Positions 12,721 to 23,325 of a stretch of DNA of 42,230 nucleotides are shown piece by piece. This DNA is from Chiloscyllium plagiosum. Lineage: Eukaryota. A model generated the notes under the pieces. It was not told the DNA's origin, searched no databases, and saw nothing but the letters and a program-made list of their open reading frames with translations. A program made the translations under genes and the position numbers. How positions within the stretch are numbered: the stretch's first letter is position 1; every line of letters starts with the position of its first letter. The DNA is taken from assembly GCF_004010195.1 (NCBI RefSeq), contig NC_057719.1, positions 82,940,474 to 82,982,703 on the forward strand, in the 5' to 3' direction.

Positions 12721-13234
12721 GGTGCTGTCGCGGAGCACGATGTGCTCAGGATGCGGTTGATTGAAGGCGGCCAATGACGGGGGAGGCGCTGGGAGGTGAT
12801 GCTGGGGGTTGGCCTGGATCTCGGAGGCACACACTCACACAGATAGAGAGAGGGGGAGGGATAGAGCGGTGTACTGGGGCTGGCTGAGAGTGTGCCGGAG
12901 CCGGGCTTCTCTCTCTCTCTCTGTGTGTGTGTCCCTCCTCTCCCTGCAGCTCAGGAGGAGCCTGGGCAGAGAGAGAGAGAGACCCTTCCTCGGTTGGTGC
13001 CTGGGGAATGGGGAGGTGCCTGTACATTTCTCCTGCTCCTGTGTGTGTGTGTGCCTGTAGCAGCAGCAGCAGCAGCTCTCCCCCGCCATGAAGCGGTGCC
13101 TGCCCCCGCTGTGGGATCTCCCTGTGCAGTAAGGCAGCATTACCCACCCTCTCTCCAACACCCACTCAGGACAGCAACTCTTCCCCCCTCCTCCCCCCGG
13201 TGCAGCATCTCCAGCCCGGGCTCCGCTTGGCTGT
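12720..13234 (+). promoter_or_regulatory. Putative promoter and 5' UTR of the AXL-like gene
   Basis: Abrupt GC/CpG enrichment, GGCCAATGA CCAAT box near 12770, GGGGAGGCG GC-box-like sites and GA/CA/CAG microsatellites, immediately upstream of exon 1. TSS not determined. Confidence 0.65.
13008..13132 (+). promoter_or_regulatory. Two coupled upstream ORFs (13008-13091, 27 aa; 13088-13132, 14 aa)
   Basis: GGAATGG and GCCATGA start contexts; the TGA of uORF1 overlaps the ATG of uORF2. Functional only if the TSS lies upstream of them. Confidence 0.5.
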
Positions 13235-13289
13235 ATGACTCCGGGATCGACTCTCACCATCGCCTTCCTGCTTCTCCCGCTTACCTGCG
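13235..13289 (+). CDS. AXL: TAM receptor tyrosine kinase (AXL-like) coding exon 1, signal peptide MTPGSTLTIAFLLLPLTC
   Basis: ATG at 13235 and a hydrophobic signal-peptide-like stretch. It ends at a consensus donor G|GTAAGT in phase 1, matching exon 2, and lies just downstream of a CpG-rich promoter-like region. Confidence 0.8.
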
Positions 13290-13776
13290 GTAAGTTTGCT
13301 TTTTGTTTTTTTTTTAAAAAACAAAGACAAAAAAATATTGGGGTCCAGCACCAAGATGGGCTGAAGCCGAGTGGCTCCTCGAGGGTTTCCGAAGTTTTGC
13401 AAACTTTTCGTTTCCCGTGGTGTCAGGTGTGGGTGGGTTGGTGTTCCTGGCTGGAGGGTGGCCTTTAATTTCATAGAGTGAGAAAGGGGGAGGAGGGCTA
13501 TTCCAATCTGCTCACCCTACCCCCCCCCCCCCCCCCCATGCTCTGACTGTGGTTTTGCTCAGGTGTGTGTCTGTGTCTGGAAGGTCACTCTCTGCCACGC
13601 ACCCCAGTTCCTGGTGGTGTTCACTGGAGCAGGCAACTCCACCCCCCCCCTCCCCTCTCAACTCTCACCTCCCCTCCCAACCCTCACCAAACAAACCCCC
13701 TGTCTGCTGGGGAGAGAGCCCCATGGTGTCATGTACATTTTGTAAAAGAGTTTCAGAAAGAATGTTTGTGATTTTT

Positions 13777-14130
13777 CATAGAGCTGTACAGCACGGAAAC
13801 AGATCCTTTGGTCCAACTTGTTCCATTTGCCAGCACTTGGCCCATATCCCTCCAAACCCTTCCTATTCATATACCCATTCAAGTGCCTCTTAAATGTTGC
13901 AATTGTATCAGCATCCACCACTTCCTCTGGCAGCTCATTCCATACACGTAACACCCTCTGCGTGAAAAAGTTGCCCCTTAGGTCTCTTTTTAAATCTTGC
14001 CCCTGTCACCTAAATCTATGCTGTCCAGTTTTGGAACCCCCCACATTGGCTATTCACCCCATCCATTTTCCTCATGGTTTTATAAACCTCTATAAGGACA
14101 TCCCTCAGCCTCTGGCTCTCCAGGGAAAAT
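13777..14130 (-). mobile_element. CR1 LINE 3' end
   Basis: RVWNELPEEVV and FKRHLxxYM motifs, with a CATAGAG tail. Confidence 0.9.
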
Positions 14131-14139
14131 AGACTTCTG

Positions 14140-15025
14140 TCTCAGCGACGTCTCATACCAATGACATTTCATCACAGTGACCTCTAATCTCAGTGGCCTC
14201 ACGTTAGTGTGACCTCTCAATGCAGTGATCTCATCTCAGTGTCGTCCTTTTGAAGGCAGCTCTCAGTGACCTTTAATCTCAATGACCTTTCATCACAGTG
14301 ACCTCTGATCTCAGAAATTTCTCATACAGTGACGACTGATCTCAGTGATTTCTATCAGTGACCTTTGACCTCAGTGATATCTATATCAGTGGTCTCTGGT
14401 CTCAGTGAACTCTAATGTCAGTGACCTCTCATCATAGTGACTTCTGATCTCAGTGTCCTTACCCTGCAGTGATCTCTGAACTCAGTGACATCTGTCTCAG
14501 GGAGCTCTGGCCTCCGAACTCTAATCTCAGTGACTTTTGATCTCAGTGTCCTTTAATTCCAATGACCTCTGATCTCAGTGACCTGTCAGTGACCTCGGGC
14601 ATGAGTGATGTCTGATTGCAATGACCTCCCATTGCAGTAACCTCTCATCTCACCAATCATTGAGGTCAGTGACCTCTGAACTCAGTGACCTCCCATCACA
14701 TTGGCATCTAATCTTTGTGACCTCTGACATCTCAGTAACCTCTCATTGTAGTGACCTCTGGTCTCAGTAACTTCTCATTACAGTGACCTGTTAGTGACCT
14801 CTCATCTCAGAGACCTCTCATACAGTGACCTCTGATCTCAGTGATTTGTCTTCACAGTGACCTCTGACATCAATGAGTTCTATCTCAGTGACCTTTGGTC
14901 TTGGTGAACTCTAATCTCAGTGACCTCTCATCTCAATGACCTCCACCTACTGTGACCCCAATCTCAGTGACCTTCCATCAAAGTGAGCTCTAATCTTGTA
15001 GCTGGCTTGTTGCAGTGACCTGTCA
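14140..15025. repeat. About 16-bp (CAGTGACCTCTGATCT)n minisatellite in intron 1
   Basis: Degenerate 16-bp units, often alternating CTGATCT and CTCATCA variants, with about 25 exact TGACCT hexamers. Confidence 0.93.
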
Positions 15026-15269
15026 TGCATGCTGACGATATGAAATTGCAATGACATCATTGACATTAACCTGTACAGGGCTGACAGCGTTTCACTGTTA
15101 CCTGTGTTCTGTGTAAATGATACAAGACCGTGGTGACAACAGACTGACAGAAAGAGTGGGGCCATTACAGAGCTTCGGGTTATAGATTCATCCACCAGTG
15201 CAAAGCCAGAGAAAGTGAGGACGCAAACATATTGGAGTCAGAGCAATTGATAAAGGTCACAGCACAGAT

Positions 15270-15880
15270 TGAGGAAAAAGGCATCTGTGGTTCCTGGGGT
15301 TTAGAAATAGGGGGCTCATAGTGGAAAAGCATAGAAGTGATGATAAATCTAAATCAAACCGGGTTCAGCCTTCACAGCAGTCTTGCACGCTGTACTGGGC
15401 CATTCATTTTAAAATGTAGGTGATTGTCTTCGAAAGTGTACAGAAAAGATTTCCGCAGTTGGTTTCGGAGATGAAGATTGTGTGTTGCTGGATATGGTTG
15501 TCCACCTTAGGGAGGAAATCTGATACAGACGTTCAGAATCGTGACAGATACAGAACGGATAAAGAGTTGACGTTGCATCGGTGGAAGATTGGTAAACAGA
15601 AGACAATTTAAATTGTCGTCAAAAGAGCCACCAGAGATAGGAGGAAATTCTTGTTTGCACAGCGAGTGGTTAGGTTCTGGAATGCACTGCGTGAGAGTTT
15701 GGTGGAGGCAGGTTTAATTGTGTCGCTCGTAAGAGAATTGCATTAATTATCTGGTGCAAGAAATGATTGCGGGACTGTGGGAAAACATGGGCAAAGTTGG
15801 ACTGGCTGGAGTTCTCTGGCAGAGAGCTAGTACAGACACAAGGGGGCTAAATGGCCTCTGCCCCTGCTGTGTTCATTTCG
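15270..15880 (+). mobile_element. Old CR1 LINE 3' part
   Basis: Remnants of ESVQKRF and CAGCGAGTGGTTAGGTTCTGGAATGCACTGC (QRVVRFWNAL), plus a GGGCTAAATGGCCT 3' UTR. Confidence 0.75.
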
Positions 15881-16394
15881 CAATTCTGCTCCCTGTCCCC
15901 AGACCTCTCGCTGACCTGAACGCGCTCCTCTTCCTTGCGACTCCTCACTACCTGGAACCCGTTTGCTGTTGCTAACCAACCTCCTGCTCTGAACCCACTC
16001 TGTAGTGGTGCACGCCCTCACAGCAGCATTACATAAAAGCAGTCGATTGTCTATGCAGTGTTAGCATGCCTTTCTGATGATCCAACCTTCTCCTCACTTC
16101 ATACGCTGCTGAGCAGCTATGAGACTGGAGCCGATCGCTTCCCCTTCTCTGTCCGTTCACCTTGTGACTCAGTACCCTGAGCAGTCGCACTGTTTGTCGA
16201 GAGGAAGGAAAGTAGAGGGAGATGTTTTCTGGCGCAGGTATTCCTATTAGCTCCTGCACTGACGCAATGAGCAGAGCCCTTTCAAAGTGGGGCACTGAGC
16301 TAATTCAGACCAGAAGGTTGTTGTCTTTACTGTGAATGCCCCTGGTGTGGGAAGAGAGGACAGCAGTGATCAATAATAAATAGTCAAAGCGGAC

Positions 16395-16890
16395 ACTGGA
16401 AATCTGAAAACACAGAGAGTGCTGGAGAAACTCACAACATTTCAGGTCTGCCATGGTATTCTTCAGAATTGTAGGAAGTCTGTTTTGCAGAAGCAACATA
16501 GACTCGAAACGTCAACTCCATTTCATAGAATCCCGACAGTGTGGAAACAGGCCCTTCGGTCCAACTAGTCCATACTGACCGTCCGAAGAGTAACCCACCC
16601 AGACCCATTCCCCTACCCTATATTTACCCCTAACTAATGCACCTAACCTACACATCCCTGAACACAATGGGCAATTTCCCATGGCCAGTCCAGCCTACCT
16701 GCACATCTTTGGACTGTGGGAGGAAACCCACACAGACACGGGGAGAACGTGCAAACTCCCACACAGACAGTCACCCAAGGTTGGGATTGAACCCGGGTCC
16801 CTGGCGCTGTGAGACAGCAGTGCTGAGCCACTCTTAGCCAAGCCTAGCCTCTCCAAAGCCAAACCCGCTGAGTTTCTCCAGCGTTCTGTG
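16395..16890. mobile_element. Penelope-derived foldback fragment interrupted by an HE1 SINE
   Basis: GCTGGAGAAACTCA (about 16420) is inverted relative to TGAGTTTCTCCAGC (about 16870); GACTCGAAACGTCAACTC motif at 16501. Confidence 0.6.
16524..16832 (-). mobile_element. HE1-type V-SINE
   Basis: tRNA head (GGTTCAATCC box B on the minus strand), V-domain GTGTGGGTTTCCTCCCACAGTCCAAAGATGTGC and a CR1-like tail. Confidence 0.9.
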
Positions 16891-17554
16891 CGACAACAGC
16901 CGGGATCCTGCAGGAGTTCCTGGTGCTGCCTACAGGTGGGTAGGTTTGCGGCCTAGATAAAATCAGGCTGAACTGTGATGCAGCATACAGTGGAATAGTC
17001 TGCATACACAGGAGAGCAGGTGTGGCTCAGGGTGGAGAGGAAGGAAAACGCCTGCGAGGGTTGTGAAGAATAAAGTGTTTGGCAGACTTTAAAAGCAATC
17101 ACATTGTATGGTTTAAAAGTAACAATCTCTACTGTGATTTCTTTGAGAAACCGGTTTACCAGGGCCTATTTAAATGAAAATATAGTCCAGGGAGATCTTT
17201 AATTACAGCCAGATTGTTTTCACCTTTAGCTGGTGAAACTGGATTTGATTCTTTAGTTCCAGGAAGTTAAACATTTCTGAAGTGCAGCTTGATAAGGATT
17301 CCTGAGAGCCCGCCTCCAATCTTGAACAGATTTCGCAAGATGTATTTCTCCTACCAGTGGCAGAGTGCCTTTCATTCTGCCCTTTCAGCCCGACAGGGTG
17401 AATGCGCTGTGGAGTCTGGGTGTGTCCTGCGCACTGACAGTGCTGTGGTAGCTGACTGCTGGCATACAGCCCGGGAACCTCACATTGCCACATGTTCTGC
17501 CACATTCACTACAGCTGAGGCCAGGTCAGAGTGTAGCTAAAAGGCAGAGGGGGC

Positions 17555-18405
17555 AGACAGCAGTGGGGCTGGGACAGGCCGCAGTGGTGGGCAGGCCGCA
17601 GTGGGGCTGGGAGCAGGCCGCAGTGGGGCTGGGAGCAGGCCGCAGTGGGGCTGGGAGCAGGCCGCAGTGGGGCTGGGAGCAGCCGCAGTGGGGCTGGAAG
17701 CAGGCCACAGTGGGGCTGGGGCAGGCCGCAGTGGGACAGAGGAAGCAGGCCGCAGTGGGTCTGGGAGCTGGCCGCAGTGGGTCTGGGAGCAGTCCGCAGT
17801 GGGTCTGGGAGCAGTCCGCAGTGGGTCTGGGAGCAGTCCGCAGTGGGTCTGGGAGCAGTCCGCAGTGGGTCTGGGAGCAGTCCGCAGTGGGTCTGGGAGC
17901 AGTCCGCAGTGGGTCTGGGAGCAGTCCGCAGTGGGTCTGGGAGCAGTCCGCAGTGGGTCTGGGAGCAGTCCGCAGTGGGCCGCAGTGGGGCTGGGAGCAG
18001 GCCGCAGTGGGGCTGGGAGCAGGCCGCAGTGGGGCTGGGAGCAGGCCGCAGTGGGGCTGGGAGCAGGCCGCAGTGGGGCTGGGAGCAGGCCGCAGTGGGG
18101 CTGGGAGCAGGCCAGTGGGACAGAGGGAGCAGGCCGCAGTGGGACAGAGGGAGCAAGCCGGCCGCAGTGGGTCTGGGAGGGGGCCACAGTGGGTCTGGGA
18201 GCAGGCCGCAGTGGGTCTGGGAGCAGGCCGCAGTGGGTCTGGGAGCCTGCCGCAGTGGGGCTGGGAGCAGGCCGCAGTGGGAGCCTGCCGCAGTGGGGCT
18301 GGGAGCAGGCCGCAGTGGGGCTGGGAGCAGGCCGCAGTGGGACAGAGGGAGCAGGCTACAGTGGGGCGAGAGCAGGCTGCCTTATCACATTGGGGCTGGG
18401 ACAGG
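17555..18405. repeat. G-rich 22-bp minisatellite (GCAGGCCGCAGTGGGGCTGGGA)n
   Basis: About 35 units, with a homogeneous central variant block GCAGTCCGCAGTGGGTCTGGGA. Confidence 0.97.
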
Positions 18406-19253
18406 CTCAGCTCTGAGCGTCCGACACGTGATCTCCTGCCAATGATCATGTTGCTCCCCTATCAGAAGGCAATCACTCTCCAGTTTTAACCCAATTTTGG
18501 GATTTTTCTGCCACGAGAAAGCCCCCACTTCCAAATCGGGGTGAGGTGACGAAGGCAACTGTGTCCTTTCTCACACTCTCCTCACCCCCCAAAGTTCTGA
18601 AAATGGGGAGGAGAACTCCCCCTGCACTTTTTCACTCTTTCTCTCTTTCTCTCTCTCTCTCTATATCCCTCACAGCAAGACAATACCAATGGAACCTCAG
18701 GATTGTGCCCGCTGGGTGCCTCTGGGGTTGGCGAGGGTTTTCTCCATTCACCACTCATATATCAGGGTGGATCACTCCAGTTATGACCGAGTCAGAGTTC
18801 TGAGCAAGCAACGTTTCGGGGTTGGTTTCCAACTTGGAGACCGGTTTACCGGCGTGGCTTGTAGACAGGAACAGCACTGTGCAGAGCTAACGGATAAAAT
18901 CGATGAAGGCGTTGCAGTGGGGATGGTCCAGGGCCCAGGTCTTGTGGAGCCTTGCATGGTCAGGAAGATCCCAGCCTCAGTTGACAGTGACTGCTGCGTC
19001 TAGGGGAAGGGGCAGGGTTGGACAGGGTACCTGGGCTAGGGATGAGGTGGGAGGAAGGGGCTGGAAATCTAGCTGTGAGGCCGAACTTCGAACGTCGACC
19101 CTCCCTGACGTCAGCATAAGTGAGCGGCAGCCTCACATCTTTGGAAAAATAAAATTGGAAGGAGAAGAATTGCATTGATATAACCCTTTTCACCACCTTG
19201 GGCTGTCCTAACGCACCTCGCAGCCAATCAAGTGCTTTCGAAGGCCAGTCACT

Positions 19254-22115
19254 TTGGATCAGGCCAGACCTCCTCAACATCTTTTAAGAAAGTAGCCCAG
19301 GCTCTAACTTCCTCTTATTTTAAAGACAGATGTGAGGTGGATATTCCAGGTGTGATGCAGCTGGCCAAACCACTCGGCTTTAAGCAAAACAGAACTTATT
19401 TAAACACTACAGTTGAAACACAAACAATAGAAAACGGGATTTAGCATAACTGAACTATTGGAAACTTAACTGACCCGACGCAGCAACTTAACGAAGGAGC
19501 TGTTCCAATTCCTGTAACATCCCATAAACATACCCCTTGGCAAAAGGTAAATTCAAAACACAGGTTCATGCTGACAGGAGAGATTTCAGAGAATAAAGTC
19601 AGTCAAGGAGTTTACTATCGACTCCCCAGTAGCAACAGAGACCCAGAGGAGCAGATTGGGAAGCAGATTTTGGAAAGGTGCGGAAGTAACAGGTTGTTGT
19701 GACTTCAACTTCCCAAATATTGATTGGAACCTCCTTGGTGCAAGTAGTTTGGATGGAGCAGATTTTGTCAGGTGTGTCCAGGAAGGATTCCTGACTCAAT
19801 ATGTAAATAGGCCAACTAGAGAGGAGGCCATATTGGATTTGGTGCTTGGCAACGAACCAGGCCAGGTGTCAGATCTCTCGGTGGGAGGGCATTTCAGTGA
19901 TAGTGATCACAACTCCGAGTGGGATAGGAGCAGACGGTATGGGAAAGTATTTAATTGGGGGAGTTGGAATTACAATAAAATTGTAGTTATTTGGCAGGAA
20001 CTGTGGAGCATAAATTGGGAGCAGATATTCTCAGGGAAATGTTTGACAGAAATGTGGAGGTTGTTTAGGGAGCACTTGCTGCACCTTTGGCAATGATCTT
20101 CACTGTCCACTAGAGTAGTACCAGATGATTGGAAGGTGGCAAATGTTATTCCCTCATTCAAGAAAGGGATAATCCTAACAATTACTGATCAGTCTTATGA
20201 TTGTAGAGGATTCTGAGAGACAGAATTTATGATTATTTGGAAAAGCATAGCTTGATTAGAGATAATCAGCATGGCTTTGTGAGGGGCAGGTCATGCCTCA
20301 CTAGCTTTATTGAATTCCTTGAGGATGTGACAAAACACATTGATGAAGGGAGAGCAGTGGATGTGGTGTACAAGGCGTCTGATAAGGTTCCCCATGGTAG
20401 ATTCATTCAGAAAGTAAGGAGGAAAGTAAGAAGTACAGGGAAATCTGACTGCCTGGATACAGAATTGACAGGCCCATAGAAGACATAGGGTGGTGGTAGA
20501 TGGAAAGTATTCAGCCTGAGGCTCGGTGACCAGCGGTGTTCCACAGGGATATCTTCTGGGACCTCTGCTCTTTGTGATTTTTATAAATGAGGAAGTAGAA
20601 GGGTGGGTTAGTAAGTTTGCCGATTACACCAAGGTTGGTGGAGTTGTGCATAGTGTGAAGGGCTGTTGCAGGTTGCAACGGGACATTGACAGGATGCAGA
20701 GCTGGGCTGATTAGTTCTGGCAGATGGAATTCAACCTGAAAAAGAGTGAAGTGATTCATTTTGGAAGGCTGAATTTGACTGCAGATTACAGGGTTAAGGC
20801 AGGATTCTTGGTGGTGTGGAGGAACAGAGGGATCTTGGGGTCCATGTGCATAGATCCCTCAAAGTTGCCACCCAAGTTGATAGGGTTGTTAAGAAGGCGT
20901 ATGGTGTGTTGGATTTCATTAACGGGGGACTGAGTTCAAGAGTTGTGAGGTTATGCTGCAGCTGTATAGAGTCCTGGTTGGGCCACACTTGGGATATTGT
21001 GTTCAATTCTGGTCGCCTCATTATAGGAAAGATGTGGAAATTTTAGAGAAGATGCAGAGGGAATTACCAGGATGCTGCCTGGACTGGGGGGCATGTCTTA
21101 TGAAGAAAGGTTGAAGGAGCTAGGGCTTTTCTCATTGGAGTGAAGAAGGATGAGAGGTGACTTGCTAGAGGTGTACAAGATGTTGAGAGGCTTAGATAGA
21201 GTGGATAACCAGAGATTTTTTCCCAGGACAGAATTGTCTATCACAAGGGGACATAATTTTAAGGTGATTGGAGGCAGGTTCTTTACACAGAGAGTAGTGG
21301 GTGTGTGAAATGCACTGCCAGCAGTGGTATAGAGGCAGATACATTAGGGCCATTTAAGCGACACTTGGATAGGCACATGGATGATATTAAAATGAAGGAT
21401 ATGTAGATTAGTCTGATCTTAGAGTAGGATAAAAGGCCAGTACAACATTGTGGGCCAAAGGGCCAGTACTGTTTTATGTTCTATGTTGCATATTCTAACC
21501 AGCACAGAAACCATACACTAAGCTTGAAACTGAGGATAAGAATCTTGCTCCCGAATCTAAATTGGGAAATGAGACCAACACTGAGTGAATATAACGCTGC
21601 CTTGTTTATTTTAAGTATTACCTTTCATTGCTTAATAAAAGTTTCCTGAGTGCTGTGCACTGGGGAGGGATGTAAACTGAACTCTTACTTTTCTCAACGC
21701 CTGCTTACTTTTATCCGTAAGTAGACGTTGTTTAAGGTTATTTGTCTCTCCTTTGAAATGGGCTGTTAGGGACATTTAAGCGACTCTTGGATAGGCACAT
21801 GGATGATAGTATAATGAAGGGTATGTAGGTTAGTTTGATCTTAGAGTAGGATAAAGGTTGGCACAACATCGCGGGCTGAAGGGCCTGTACTGTTCTATGT
21901 TCTCTATGTATTAAGAATCATCTGCTGAAGCTTGTAACCTTTCTTTGGACTGCAGCAGCTTCTCTACTTCAGCAAAAGGAAACTAGAAAGAAAACTTGAA
22001 CTGAAAGAACTGGCCACTCCCCTGTCATTGTTAATCCCTGTGCCTTTACGACCTCACTTGGGGGAAAATAAAAATCAAGGACAAAATAACCTTTTCAAAG
22101 TGACAGCATTGTTAC
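19254..22115 (-). mobile_element. Solo LTR split by CR1 (19254-19595 and 21911-22115)
   Basis: Both pieces are homologous to 10011-10310; it ends CATTGTTACA. Confidence 0.7.
19596..21910 (+). mobile_element. CR1 LINE (endonuclease and RT remnants) with a duplicated 3' end and an internal foreign segment
   Basis: DFNFPNIDW, LTQYVxxPTR, LDLVL, QHGFVRGRSCLT and GVPQG motifs. 3' ends at 21486 and 21910; AGAAT occurs at both junctions as a possible TSD. Confidence 0.93.
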
Positions 22116-22574
22116 ACTATTGTAACGTAGGTGGTGCACTAGCCCATTCTTTACACAGGAAGATCCCATGAGCAGCAGCCTTGCAATGACCCGGATCATC
22201 TGTTTCACCGTCTTTGCTTTAGAATGGACGCAGACCAGGGTACCGGGGAGCACCTAGCACCATGGGATGCTGTTCGTTTTTTAACATTGAGAGTTAATGG
22301 CCTCTGTTAGGAACAGGATTGGTGACTGAGTGACTTGACTATTTTCCCAGCTTCCTTATTTTTTTCTTTTTCACTTGTGGGACAAGGGGACCACTGGCTA
22401 GCCAGCATTTGTTGCCTATCCAATCCGTCCTCGAACTGAGATACTCACTGAGTCATATCAGAGGACACCACAGTGGGTTGAGGTCACTTGTAGACCAGAC
22501 AAGGTGAGCATGGCAGATTTCCTTCCCTAAAGGGACATTGGTGAGCCAGATGGACAATCGACAGTGGTTTCACA

Positions 22575-23140
22575 GAGTCTTAGAGCTGTACAGCATGTAA
22601 ACAGACCCTTCAGTCCAATTCGTCCATGCCGACCAGATATCCTAATCTAGTCCCATTTGCCAGCACTTGGCCAATATCCCTATAAACCTTCCCATTCGTG
22701 TACCCATCCATATGCCTTTTAAATGATGCAATTGTACCAGCCTCCACCACTTCCCCTGGCAGCTCATTCCACACATGCACCACCCTCTGCATGAAAAGGT
22801 TGCTCCTTAGATCTCTTTTATATCTTGTCCCTCTCACCCTAAACCTATGCCCTCTAGTTCTGGACTCTCTGACCCCAGGGAAAAGACTTTGCCATATTCC
22901 AACAGTGGACTAACCAATGTCCTGTACAGCTGCAACATGACCTCCCAACTCCTGTACTCAATACTCTGACCAATAAAGGAAAGCATACCAAACGCCGCCT
23001 TCACTATCCTATCTACCTGCGACTCCACTTTCAAGGAGCTATGAACCTGCACTCCAAGGTCTCTTTGTTCAGCAACACTCCCCGGGAACCCCCATCAAGT
23101 GCTCCAGTCCCCCACCAAAATGCAGCACTCCACATCCACC
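22575..23140 (-). mobile_element. CR1 LINE 3' part with internal deletions
   Basis: ORFs 22610-22837 and 22834-23052 (QRVVHVWNELP, LQLYRTLV). Confidence 0.9.
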
Positions 23141-23189
23141 CATGATCATCAGCAGATTCTTACTTCCAGATTTGGGGTCTTTTCTTTGT

Positions 23190-23325
23190 TTTCAGTTCAG
23201 AGTGATCACCTGACCCAAAACGTTAATTCTGATTTCTCTCCCTAGGTGCTGCCAGACCTGCTGAGCTTTTCCAGCAATTCCTGTTGTTGTTTCTGATTTA
23301 CAGCATACGCAGTTCTTTTGGATTT
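23190..23325 (+). mobile_element. Penelope-like terminal fragment
   Basis: AAACGTTAATTCTG...GCTGCCAGACCTGCTGAGCTTTTCCAGCAATT. Confidence 0.6.

Larger units (their letters stand above)
19165..22270 (-). mobile_element. DeuSINE (SacSINE1/AmnSINE1-like) split in two: 19165-19253 and 22116-22270
   Basis: CAGCCAATCAAGTGCTTTCGAAG..GTCACT continues as ATTGTAACGTAGG...AAGATCCCA...AATGACCCGGATCATCTGTTT, resembling the Deu-domain SINE body. Confidence 0.65.

Noticed and set aside
11923..12777. 284-aa ORF and many overlapping ORFs
   Set aside because: They are translations of the TGTACAGTCTCTC minisatellite: low complexity and open in several frames on both strands.
12892..13293. ORF with a signal-peptide-like CTFLLLLCVCVPVAAAAAA as an alternative exon 1 frame
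   Set aside because: It has no ATG start, the hydrophobic run comes from microsatellites, and it would reach the donor in phase 2, incompatible with exon 2.
17485..18489. 200-330-aa ORFs in all six frames
   Set aside because: Artefact of a stop-free 22-bp repeat.
10011..22115. Two same-orientation LTRs as ends of one provirus capturing exon 1
   Set aside because: The left copy has its own TSD on both sides, the copies are clearly diverged, and no gag/pol lies between them.
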